The notes: generated by a model not told the origin, from the letters alone. A stretch of DNA of 13,819 nt from Candidatus Micrarchaeia archaeon (GCA_049964835.1 JBMFWW010000016.1:1-13819); one strand, 5' to 3'; shown: positions 1 to 7,475, counted from the first letter of the stretch. Program-made: numbers and translations.

Positions 1-196
1 GGTTAAAGTAAGACCATGAGCATATATAGTTTCCTGTTCCGCCAGTTATGCTTGCATTTATGGTTGTATTTTGTCCAGCATCCATTGCAGGCCTTTGCAC
101 ATTCAAGTTTACAGAAAGTGAACCTGCATAACTCAATCCTATCAATAAAGTTACAAATATCAAAACTGAAACAACACCGGATCTTCTAAAAACCAT
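1..196 (-). CDS. Secreted/cell-surface protein with Ig-like/PKD-type domain (5' part only; runs off left edge)
   Basis: Manual translation from ATG at 196 is open to position 1: MVFRRSGVVSVLIFVTLLIGLSYA-GSLSVNLNVQRPAMDAGQNTTINASITGGTGNYICSWSYFN. It has a signal-peptide-like N-terminus, a GGTGxYxxxW motif typical of PKD/Ig-like repeats, and a GGTG SD-like motif upstream. Not in the ORF track because no stop lies in the window. Confidence 0.75.
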   Translation of the reverse strand, partial: MVFRRSGVVSVLIFVTLLIGLSYAGSLSVNLNVQRPAMDAGQNTTINASITGGTGNYICSWSYFN

Positions 197-286
197 TATA
201 ACACCATTTTTGATTTAGGATTTAAGCTATAATAATACATATGTTAGCTTTATTTTATGTAGTATCCCGATTCAAACTACTAGGTT

Positions 287-817
287 CTAATACTTAATCA
301 AAGAGATTACGTCAATGTCGTTTAATCTTTCTCTTCCTTTGAGGAAGTTAAGTTCTATTACAAATATTGTAGTACTTACTACGCCACCTACCTTATTTAC
401 TAGCTTTGCAGCGGCTTCAATAGTGCCACCAGTAGCAAGAAGATCATCAACTATAACAACACGTGAGTTTTTTTCCATCGCATCGATGTGCATCTCTAAG
501 GTTTCAAAGCCGTATTCTAGCTTATACTCCTCGCTTATTGTTTTATAAGGCAGCTTGCCCTTTTTCCTAATAGGTATGAAGCCCTTACCCATTTTATATG
601 AAAGCGCAGCTCCAAATATAAACCCCCTAGACTCTATTCCAGCAAAGTAATCAAAATCAAGGTCTTTTAGTAAGAAAGTTAGCTCGTCAATACAAAGCTT
701 AAAAAGGACAGGATCTTTTAATATAGGTGTGATGTCTTTAAAAAGTATTCCTGGTTTAGGATAATCTGGTATATCACGTATGCTATCTCTTATTTTTTTT
801 ATGCCAATAGAATCCAT
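287..817 (-). CDS. apt: Adenine phosphoribosyltransferase
   Basis: IRDIPDYPKPGILFKDITP, GIESRGF, RKKGKLP, YKLEYG and the PRPP-binding VVIVDDLLATGGT motif. Confidence 0.97.
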   Translation of the reverse strand: MDSIGIKKIRDSIRDIPDYPKPGILFKDITPILKDPVLFKLCIDELTFLLKDLDFDYFAGIESRGFIFGAALSYKMGKGFIPIRKKGKLPYKTISEEYKLEYGFETLEMHIDAMEKNSRVVIVDDLLATGGTIEAAAKLVNKVGGVVSTTIFVIELNFLKGRERLNDIDVISLIKY

Positions 818-832
818 ACAAAATGGTTAACA

Positions 833-848
833 ATATAAATATTTATAT
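833..848. promoter_or_regulatory. Candidate divergent promoter core between apt and uppS
   Basis: Perfect 16-bp palindrome ATATAAATATTTATAT giving TTTATA boxes on both strands in the 90-bp divergent spacer. The AT-rich background lowers its significance. Confidence 0.3.
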
Positions 849-907
849 ATTTACATATTAGTAATCATAAGGTCAGTTCTGTTATTAATTGATTGAGAAA
901 CGATTAA

Positions 908-1618
908 ATGAAAATAAAGAATATTCCAAAAATAATCGCAATAATACCTGACGGAAATAGGCGCTGGGCTAAAAGTCATACATTTTCTATAATGAAAGGA
1001 TACGATTTAGGAGTTAAAAAGTTTATAGACTTTAGCGAGTGGTGTGTTTCATACGGCATAAACAATATAGCAGTGTGGGCATTTTCAACAGAGAATTTCT
1101 CAAGGGATTCAAAAGAGATCAAAACATTATTTTCTATATACAAAAAGGTAGCAAACGACAAAAAGCTTATCTCAAGATTACACAAGAACAAAACAAGGCT
1201 TAAAATAATAGGCAATAAAAAATTGCTCCCAAGGGATCTTCTTACCGCACTAAATAAGGTGGAAAAGGAAACGTCAAAGTACAAAGATCGTGTAATAAAT
1301 ATGCTTATTGCTTATGGGGGAAAGGATGATATAATGCATGCTGTAAAGGAAGTAATTACAAAAGTATCTTCAGAGGTTAATAGTATAAAAAAGCTAAACG
1401 AAGAGATTTTTTCACGATACTTAATATCGAACTCAATTAGTGATATAGATTTAATAATAAGGACATCTGGAGAAGAAAGATTATCGGGATTTATGCCTTG
1501 GCAGACCTCTTATTCTGAGCTCTATTTTTCAAAGAAATTATGGCCTGACTTTACTAAAAAGGATTTGGAAGCGGCACTGCAGGAATACAACAAAAGGCAA
1601 AGAAGATTCGGAAGGTAA
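908..1618 (+). CDS. uppS: cis-prenyltransferase (polyprenyl diphosphate synthase, UppS family)
   Basis: IAIIPDGNRRWAK, WAFSTENF, AYGGKDDI, DLIIRTSGEERLSGFMPWQ..YSELYF..LWPDF and C-terminal RRFG. Confidence 0.97.
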   Translation: MKIKNIPKIIAIIPDGNRRWAKSHTFSIMKGYDLGVKKFIDFSEWCVSYGINNIAVWAFSTENFSRDSKEIKTLFSIYKKVANDKKLISRLHKNKTRLKIIGNKKLLPRDLLTALNKVEKETSKYKDRVINMLIAYGGKDDIMHAVKEVITKVSSEVNSIKKLNEEIFSRYLISNSISDIDLIIRTSGEERLSGFMPWQTSYSELYFSKKLWPDFTKKDLEAALQEYNKRQRRFGR

Positions 1619-1627
1619 CGTGTTCAT

Positions 1628-3466
1628 ATGCCTGATGAAAAAAGGGATGTAACCCATTTTACAAAATATTTTGGATTAACAGTACCTGGACAGGGAAAGC
1701 TTACTATATTCCTAATACTTCTAGGAGCCTTTTCAGGAATAATAGCTGAGCTAATATTAAATACGCCATTGGGCTTATTTTATGTGCTAGCTTCGGGCTT
1801 TAGCCTTGGCGTAACAGTAATAACATTTCCAGGAATACTAACAGCATTTCTTCTAAAAGCAATGAAAAGAAATCTTAAGCTAAAACATGCGTTAATAGCA
1901 GTAATAGTCATAACTATTACATACGCCGCATTTTTCATAATAACCATCTTTACATATAATTTAACACATAGCTACGCTATAGCATACATACCAATTCTCC
2001 TTAGTGATGCTGGCATATACGGATACTGGTTTATAATCAATAGAATCGTATTAAATCAAAAAAAGAGCAGTGTAATAACAGCAGCGATACAGCCAACGCT
2101 TAATGCCTTAATCTTCATACCCGTAAGCTACTCAATCTTTGCAGCTAAAGTAAGTTATCTAAATGTGCTCTTTAAACTATGGACAGGTATCATAGTATTT
2201 ATGATATGCGGTTACATCGTTTTGTTCATAATGGACAGACCATCTAAAAAATTAGCAAGATTCAGCGGAGTAGATATGATGAGCTTCATGATAGGCCAGT
2301 GGCTATACGGTTCAAAAAACAATGCAATTTCATTTGATAAAATGGGCATAAAAAGAGATCTGCCGGTTTCTGTTCTTGCAATTAAAGGCACAAAAGGCTA
2401 CAAAGCCATATTCATAAAGCCAAACATACATTATGGACCAATATACGGTCTGGGTGGAAGCATGGCAACAGAGTATCTTGGCAGCAGAATAGAACATACC
2501 TATAAAGCCACGCCATTCATAATGCATGGAGCTGTAAATATAGAAGACAATCCAATTAACTCCTCGGATATTGGTATAATATGGAAAGAGGTTCAAAATA
2601 AAATAGATTCAAATTCAAAGTCATCTGGTACTGTGGGAACATTACAGATCTCAAAAAGCAAGGTAGATGAGTGCAAAGCAATAGGTATTAAAATAGGATC
2701 TATGGTGATAATAGGCTTGACAAAAGCACCTTACGTAACTGAAGATATAGACAGCGATATAGGGCTATACTATGAAGCGCTACCTTCTAAATACGGCCTT
2801 GAATGCATACTTATAGATGCTCACAACTCACGTTTTGAATCGGCAAATGCTGATGAGCTAAAAGGAGTTTACAAAGGCAGCAAGTATGTTAAAAAGTACT
2901 CTATGGCCATAGATCAAATACTAAATAAACTCAATAAAAATAAAAACAAGAAACTAATTTTTGGTGCATCTCATATAAAACTAAAGAATTTTATAAAAAA
3001 CAATGACATCGGCCCAGGATATATGAGTGTAGGTATATTTTCATCCAAAGTAGAGTCATTTTGTATGATATACTTAGATGCAAATAACATGGATCCTAAG
3101 TTAAGGTCAAAGCTTCTTTCCCACATATACAAAAAATATAAGCTAACCGCAGAACTCTTCACTACAGATACTCATGCAGTAAATACATTGGCATTTTCAG
3201 CAAGCAATGTCATAGGTAGATATACAAAGTACGAAGAGCTTGTTCCATATATAGATAAAGCAATTGAAAATGCAATATCATCTAAAGAAGAAGTAACTTA
3301 CTTGTTTTACAAACTTTCATTAAAAAACTTCAAAGTATGGGGCAAGGGTTCAGAAGAGCTTATTATGAACACTACAAGACAAATAATAAAAAGAGGCAAA
3401 AAAATAGTTCCATTTATAGTTGTAGCATGTTTTGTAATAGCCGCTTGGAGCATATATCTCGTATGA
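1628..3466 (+). CDS. DUF2070 family membrane protein (predicted membrane-associated lipid hydrolase, neutral-ceramidase-like)
   Basis: About 6 N-terminal TM segments, a soluble domain with HYGP..GGS, MHGA, ED, DAHNS, DANN and TTDTH motifs, and a single C-terminal TM. This architecture and the 612-aa size match archaeal DUF2070 proteins. Starts 9 bp after the uppS stop. Confidence 0.85.
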   Translation: MPDEKRDVTHFTKYFGLTVPGQGKLTIFLILLGAFSGIIAELILNTPLGLFYVLASGFSLGVTVITFPGILTAFLLKAMKRNLKLKHALIAVIVITITYAAFFIITIFTYNLTHSYAIAYIPILLSDAGIYGYWFIINRIVLNQKKSSVITAAIQPTLNALIFIPVSYSIFAAKVSYLNVLFKLWTGIIVFMICGYIVLFIMDRPSKKLARFSGVDMMSFMIGQWLYGSKNNAISFDKMGIKRDLPVSVLAIKGTKGYKAIFIKPNIHYGPIYGLGGSMATEYLGSRIEHTYKATPFIMHGAVNIEDNPINSSDIGIIWKEVQNKIDSNSKSSGTVGTLQISKSKVDECKAIGIKIGSMVIIGLTKAPYVTEDIDSDIGLYYEALPSKYGLECILIDAHNSRFESANADELKGVYKGSKYVKKYSMAIDQILNKLNKNKNKKLIFGASHIKLKNFIKNNDIGPGYMSVGIFSSKVESFCMIYLDANNMDPKLRSKLLSHIYKKYKLTAELFTTDTHAVNTLAFSASNVIGRYTKYEELVPYIDKAIENAISSKEEVTYLFYKLSLKNFKVWGKGSEELIMNTTRQIIKRGKKIVPFIVVACFVIAAWSIYLV

Positions 3467-3596
3467 CTTTATTTTTTATTGTCTTACTAATTTCTGTATA
3501 AAAATAAGCATCGTTGTGCACAATAAATCTATAAAAAAGCACAATTTTATAAATATGCATACGTATCATATTATAATAAATATGAAAGGTCAATAA

Positions 3597-4508
3597 ATGC
3601 AATATGAATTAATACTCTACGCAATTGCCTTCATACTTCTTATATACAAAATTATTTCAATAGAAGATATTAAAGAGATATCACTTTTTATACTATTTTT
3701 TACAATTGTATTTTTAATAGCAAATTATGAATTAATAGATCCTCTTAATCTGCTTTCTGGTTATATAATATTCAATGCGCTTATTTCATCCTATGGAACA
3801 AAGAAGCTTGAGTTTTTCACTCTTGCAGCGTTGCTTTTTATCTTTATAAATTATTTCAACGGTTTATTACTTATAACGACATCAATCTTTTTTGGAGGCA
3901 TAAGTTCTTACAATATATATCCTAGAAAAAAACACAACATAAAGAAAACAACATATCAAAAAGAGTTAAGAAGAAACACCTTTACAATACTTTCTGGCTT
4001 TATACTTTTAGCTCTTGTATTGTTTTTACAATTAAATATTTTTCTAGTTGTAAGCGTAATATTTCTGGTAGGAATTCTTCTGTTAAATACCTCATTAATT
4101 TCAAAAAATAATATCGTATCAAGGTTTTTTCAAATTCTTGAGCGAGACAATTTCACATTAGGACATGGCGCAATATGGCTTGGATTAGGCACATGCTTTG
4201 CAGTATCATTTCTTAGCTATAACGTTGCACTATCTGCAATATGTTTTATTTTCATAGCAGACTGTGTATCTCCAATAATAGGAATGAAGTATGGAGGTAT
4301 TAAATTATTCTACAACAAGAGAAAAAGCTATGCTGGAACAGCTTCATATTTTTTAACAGGATTAATTCTTTCGTACATTTTGATCGGAAATTACGCATTT
4401 TTAATAGCGGCGATAGCTGCAATAGTAGAAAGTCTTCCATTTTCACTTGATGACAACTTTGATGTTCCTTTTGCGATTTTTATATTATCCACATTAATTC
4501 CATTGTAA
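3597..4508 (+). CDS. SEC59/DGK1/VTE5-family CTP-dependent polyprenol/dolichol/diacylglycerol kinase-like membrane protein
   Basis: Polytopic membrane protein with ELRR, ER....G, AD..S..IG...G..KL.YN..KS.AG and AA.VE.LP..LDDN..VP motifs of the CTP_transf_1-like kinase family. Confidence 0.8.
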   Translation: MQYELILYAIAFILLIYKIISIEDIKEISLFILFFTIVFLIANYELIDPLNLLSGYIIFNALISSYGTKKLEFFTLAALLFIFINYFNGLLLITTSIFFGGISSYNIYPRKKHNIKKTTYQKELRRNTFTILSGFILLALVLFLQLNIFLVVSVIFLVGILLLNTSLISKNNIVSRFFQILERDNFTLGHGAIWLGLGTCFAVSFLSYNVALSAICFIFIADCVSPIIGMKYGGIKLFYNKRKSYAGTASYFLTGLILSYILIGNYAFLIAAIAAIVESLPFSLDDNFDVPFAIFILSTLIPL

Positions 4509-4550
4509 CATCCTCCTACAGCTAAAGCATGCGGTTTTACGCCTACTTTG
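4505..4550 (-). mobile_element. 46-bp non-autonomous IS200/IS605-like miniature element (PATE/MITE-like)
   Basis: Minus strand reads TTTAT|CAAAGTAGGCGTAAAACCGCATGCTTTAGCTGTAGGAGGATGTTAC|. It has a TTTAT target-like motif on the left, one imperfect hairpin with a TTTA loop, a GGAGGATGTYAC-type right end and no target duplication. Removing it leaves an intact CCA TTA TAA gene end. Confidence 0.7.
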
Positions 4551-4572
4551 ATAAAATTTCATTAAGTCATTA

Positions 4573-4778
4573 TCATTTGCCTCTCCACTTTGTCAAGTAT
4601 CCTGCAATTGCAAAATATACTAGCTCCCTATTACTAATATTAGTGCCATATACCAAAACATAGGACTAATACCAATTACACCTTGTTCTAGTACTGCAGC
4701 TGGAGTTGTTGGAAGTATCGATAAAATTAATAATATAGGTTTGGGAAGGTACGTGTAAGGAAAGAATGTCGGAGACAT
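4573..4778 (-). pseudogene. C-terminal remnant of an ABC-2-type transporter permease, frameshifted
   Basis: 4778-4620 reads MSPTFFPYTYLPKPILLILSILPTTPAAVLEQGVIGISPMFWYMALILVIGS*. A shifted frame at 4626-4573 continues ELVYFAIAGYLTKWRGK*. The PxFFP...LP......PTT pattern and terminal KWR resemble ABC-2 permease C-termini. The N-terminal part and ATPase partner are absent. Confidence 0.65.
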
Positions 4779-4782
4779 TACA

Positions 4783-5232
4783 TTAAATAATAACTCTTCC
4801 TGAACTATTTATTGTGTTATATGGTACTTCAAGAACATATTTTCCTTGAGCACAGGTTATATTTGTACTATACGGGATTGCATTTTTTATAAAACTTATA
4901 CTTCCATTACTATTTATCCATACCTGTTCTAGAGGTATTTTTGTATTCTCCATCCACATACATGCTTGTCGTGTAGAGTTAAAAACAAACAGCATGCCGT
5001 AAGCTCCATCAAAACTATTTCTGTACATCATTCCAGTAATTTGTTGGGTATAACTCTGGGCAATATATACGATTTTAGATGTGCCATTGCATCTGCTGCA
5101 ATTTAATATAGCTATAGATGCACTTGAATAATAAAAGTTCAAAGGCAGTAAATTCAAATAATAAAGTAATAAGAAAGAAATTGGAATTAAAACAATTAAA
5201 ATAATAAAAAGAAATAAGGATTTCTTTTTCAA
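4783..5232 (-). CDS. DUF192 family protein with N-terminal membrane anchor
   Basis: A......GMMYR......GMLFVF......MWMENTKIPL and KYVLEV motifs; TTG start 8 bp after the rps11 stop. Confidence 0.9.
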   Translation of the reverse strand: MKKKSLFLFIILIVLIPISFLLLYYLNLLPLNFYYSSASIAILNCSRCNGTSKIVYIAQSYTQQITGMMYRNSFDGAYGMLFVFNSTRQACMWMENTKIPLEQVWINSNGSISFIKNAIPYSTNITCAQGKYVLEVPYNTINSSGRVII

Positions 5233-5240
5233 GAAATCAA

Positions 5241-5750
5241 CTATACTCTTCTTCCTCTTCTACCTCCAGGTCTTTTTGTAGAGTCTGTTGGCATTGGCGT
5301 TACATCTTCTATGCTTCCTATTTTGAAGCCGCTTCTTGCTAATGCCCTTACTACTGCCTGTGCTCCTTGTCCTGGAGTTTTAGAGTTGTGTCCACCAGGA
5401 GCCCTTATTTTTATATTAATATGCGTAACTCCTTTTTCTATAGCTATAGCAGCTACTTTATACGCAGCCTGTGTTGCAGCATAAGGCGAACCTTCTTCAT
5501 GGTCCGTATCTACAACCATGCCTCCGCTTCCTACTGCAATAGTCTCTGCACCTGAAAGATCTGTGAGTGTTATTATTGTATTATTCTTAGATGAAAGAAT
5601 GTGTGCAACGCCCCATCTTATGCCCTTTTGTTTAAACTTTTCTTGTGCTGCAGCCATATCACTTTCGTATGAAACATCTCTTTTCTTGCTTGTGTTTTGC
5701 TGTTCATTCTTTACTTGCTTTTTTGCTGCTGATTTTTTTTCTTTTGCCAT
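5241..5750 (-). CDS. rps11: 30S ribosomal protein uS11 (archaeal type)
   Basis: [63 protein letters not shown]. Confidence 0.98.
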   Translation of the reverse strand: MAKEKKSAAKKQVKNEQQNTSKKRDVSYESDMAAAQEKFKQKGIRWGVAHILSSKNNTIITLTDLSGAETIAVGSGGMVVDTDHEEGSPYAATQAAYKVAAIAIEKGVTHINIKIRAPGGHNSKTPGQGAQAVVRALARSGFKIGSIEDVTPMPTDSTKRPGGRRGRRV

Positions 5751-5754
5751 CTAA

Positions 5755-6309
5755 TCACTCATTTTTAACATCGGCTTCGGAGCCTTTGTCCGCTGCCTCA
5801 TTTATAGCATCATTTGTTTTAGGAGGAAGTGTATCTAATGAAAACTTTTTGTAATAATTTATTGCATTCTCCTCATTTTTCTTGACAAGATAGCTAGGGG
5901 ACTTTATCTTTCTTCCATTTATAGATATGAAGCCGTGCGTTATTAATTGCCTTGATTGTTTAATTGTTTTAGCTAAGCCTTTTTTATAAACTACCGTCTG
6001 CAACCTTCTATCTAACAAAGACTGTGGTTTTATTACTAGTATGTCGTCTGGTATTGCATTCTCACTAACAATATTATATGAAGCTAGCCTTGCTATTATC
6101 TCTTTACCTACCTTTTCTGTAGCATTTCCAGAAAGAACTTCACGTGCATTTCTTCTAACTCTTCTTATTTCACTTGCAGGCCTCCAAAGCTCTCCTAATT
6201 TTTTAAGACCATACTCTTTTTTTATCTTATGCTCTTCATCAATTCTCTCTTTATTCCACATTGAAGCTGGTCTTTCATATTTTTTCTTATTACGTTTAGG
6301 TGCTCCCAT
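5755..6309 (-). CDS. rps4: 30S ribosomal protein uS4 (archaeal type)
   Basis: MGAPKR..KKYERP...W, EYGLK...ELW and the S4 domain LDRRLQTVVYKKGLAKTIKQSRQLITHGFI. Confidence 0.97.
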   Translation of the reverse strand: MGAPKRNKKKYERPASMWNKERIDEEHKIKKEYGLKKLGELWRPASEIRRVRRNAREVLSGNATEKVGKEIIARLASYNIVSENAIPDDILVIKPQSLLDRRLQTVVYKKGLAKTIKQSRQLITHGFISINGRKIKSPSYLVKKNEENAINYYKKFSLDTLPPKTNDAINEAADKGSEADVKNE

Positions 6310-6313
6310 AATA

Positions 6314-6853
6314 TCACTTCTTTTCCTCTTTCTTTGCAGGTGCGGTTGCAGGCTGCGCCGACTTCTTCATTACTCCTATTGCTGCGCCCTTTCTGCCGGT
6401 AGATCTTGTTCTCTGTCCTCTTACCTTATGTCCGTATTGGTGTCTTGAACCCAACCATGTTTGAAGTTTTATTCCATTATCTACATCGAATCTTGTTTTA
6501 ACTATTAAATCAGTACCTACTACATGTATATTTTGTCCTATCTCCGAATCCTTATTTCTATTAAGCATGAATTTAGGAATATTATATTTAGAAGGTTCTT
6601 TTATTATCTCTTCAAGCTGGGCTAGCTGCTCATCGCTTAATGTACCTATAACTGTTTTAGGTTCAATGCCATACTTGTCTTTGTAAATCTTTGCCATAGC
6701 ATTTGCCATATTGTAGCCAATGCCTTTTATCTGGGTAAGTCCTCTAGCAATGCTATAACTACCGTTGATGTCTCTTCCAGCCATTCTAATAATGCTGACC
6801 TCTACCTTTTCCTTTTGCTTAGGCTCTTTGCCTTTCTGGTCCTTTTGATCCAT
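6314..6853 (-). CDS. rps13: 30S ribosomal protein uS13 (archaeal type)
   Basis: IIRMAGRDING, LTQIKGIG, IPKFMLNR.KD, RHQYGHKVRGQRTRSTGRKG; GGTG SD-like motif upstream. Confidence 0.97.
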   Translation of the reverse strand: MDQKDQKGKEPKQKEKVEVSIIRMAGRDINGSYSIARGLTQIKGIGYNMANAMAKIYKDKYGIEPKTVIGTLSDEQLAQLEEIIKEPSKYNIPKFMLNRNKDSEIGQNIHVVGTDLIVKTRFDVDNGIKLQTWLGSRHQYGHKVRGQRTRSTGRKGAAIGVMKKSAQPATAPAKKEEKK

Positions 6854-6903
6854 TCATGCACCGTTTAAATTGTAAATATGAAATAAAAACGCCAGGGCTG
6901 GGA

Positions 6904-6941
6904 TTTTCATAACACCTTTCGATTTTTTCAAAAAGCTTTAA
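6904..6941 (-). other. 38-nt tRNA intron at non-canonical position 59/60 (T-loop)
   Basis: Strict bulge-helix-bulge: T stem, 3-nt bulge AAT, 4-bp helix TTCA/TGAA, 3-nt bulge AAT, then a 13-position intron stem (one mismatch, three G-U pairs) closed by an A5 loop. Confidence 0.88.
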
Positions 6942-6974
6942 TTTGAACCCAGATGGCTCGAGGAGCCATACGCT

Positions 6975-6986
6975 GACAGGTTCAAT
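6975..6986 (-). other. 12-nt tRNA intron at canonical position 37/38
   Basis: Intron ATTGAACCTGTC. Relaxed BHB with central helix CTGG/CCTG (one U-U mismatch) and bulges AAA and TCA. Removal restores a 7-nt anticodon loop. Confidence 0.88.
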
Positions 6987-7050
6987 TTCCAGGCGTACGC
7001 GTTACCGGATTCTGCCACCCTGGCATTTTCCTATAATATACTCTAGCAAG

Positions 7051-7066
7051 ATTTAAAGCTGTTATT
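7051..7066 (-). promoter_or_regulatory. Putative BRE/TATA promoter of the tRNA-Ser-rps13 unit
   Basis: TTTAAA at 7052-7057 lies 28-33 nt upstream of the tRNA 5' end and is preceded on the minus strand by an A-rich stretch. Confidence 0.5.
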
Positions 7067-7256
7067 ACATATTGATTTGTTCATATTAATATTTAAAACT
7101 TGCTTTTATACTTACATATGGCAATAAAATACCAAACAAAGTTTTATTGATAAATTAATCCCCAAAAATTTTTGTATAGATGCATTTGTAAAAAATACAA
7201 AACAAATAGAAACATATATTAATCAATTTGTATAAATTTTACTTTTGTGTGATAAA

Positions 7257-7475
7257 ATGGAACAAATTAAAAAATCTAGTGAAATGCAAGTATCAATAGA
7301 AGTAGCGGCAGCAATAGTCAAAAATCATGCGCCAACCCTAAAAAGTACTGGTGAACATACAAAAGACGAAAAGAAAGAAGATAAGAAGCACGAAATACAT
7401 ACTGATGAGTGGAAGGCCTTGGTAAGAAGAGACGCCTTGAAGCTAGCAAGAGGCAAAAAACTACCTAAACGATAA
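7257..7475 (+). CDS. Small Lys/Glu-rich hypothetical protein (72 aa)
   Basis: ATG at 7257 is preceded by a GTGAT SD-like motif and is preferred over the TTG at 7245. Purine-rich coding-like composition; its stop directly abuts the lysS stop. Confidence 0.65.
   Translation: MEQIKKSSEMQVSIEVAAAIVKNHAPTLKSTGEHTKDEKKEDKKHEIHTDEWKALVRRDALKLARGKKLPKR

Larger units (their letters stand above)
6890..7024 (-). tRNA. tRNA-Ser(GGA) with two introns (37/38 and 59/60); CCA not encoded
   Basis: Acceptor stem GCCAGGG/CCCTGGC plus discriminator G. Anticodon stem TACGC/GCGTA with loop CT-GGA-A^A (anticodon at 6988-6990). Long variable arm TGGCTC/GAGCCA. T stem CTGGG/CCCAG with loop TTCAAA^T. Length is 85 nt after removing the 12-nt and 38-nt introns. 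It lies upstream of rps13, a conserved archaeal location. Confidence 0.93.

Noticed and set aside
315..3162. Short ORFs 315-548(+), 976-1284(-), 2330-2596(-) and 2971-3162(-)
   Set aside because: Antisense shadows inside apt, uppS and DUF2070, with no recognisable motifs.
3414..3602. 62-aa minus-strand ORF spanning the DUF2070-kinase spacer
   Set aside because: It overlaps both flanking genes in antisense and has non-protein-like composition; the spacer reads better as a T-rich terminator plus promoter.
4505..4550. Idea that the mini-element encodes a TnpB omegaRNA guide system
   Set aside because: 46 bp is too short for an omegaRNA scaffold and no tnpB or tnpA ORF is present in the window.
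5367..6448. Plus-strand ORFs 5367-5555, 5518-5754, 5645-5854 and 6041-6448
   Set aside because: Antisense to well-supported ribosomal protein genes.
6975..6990. Alternative anticodon reading (TGA within ATTGAAC)
   Set aside because: Only CT-GGA-A/A gives a 7-nt loop on the TACGC/GCGTA stem with BHB geometry; the TGA lies inside the intron.
7245..7256. TTG start given in the ORF track for the small protein
   Set aside because: ATG at 7257 has a GTGAT SD-like motif at suitable spacing, and that motif lies within the supposed extension.
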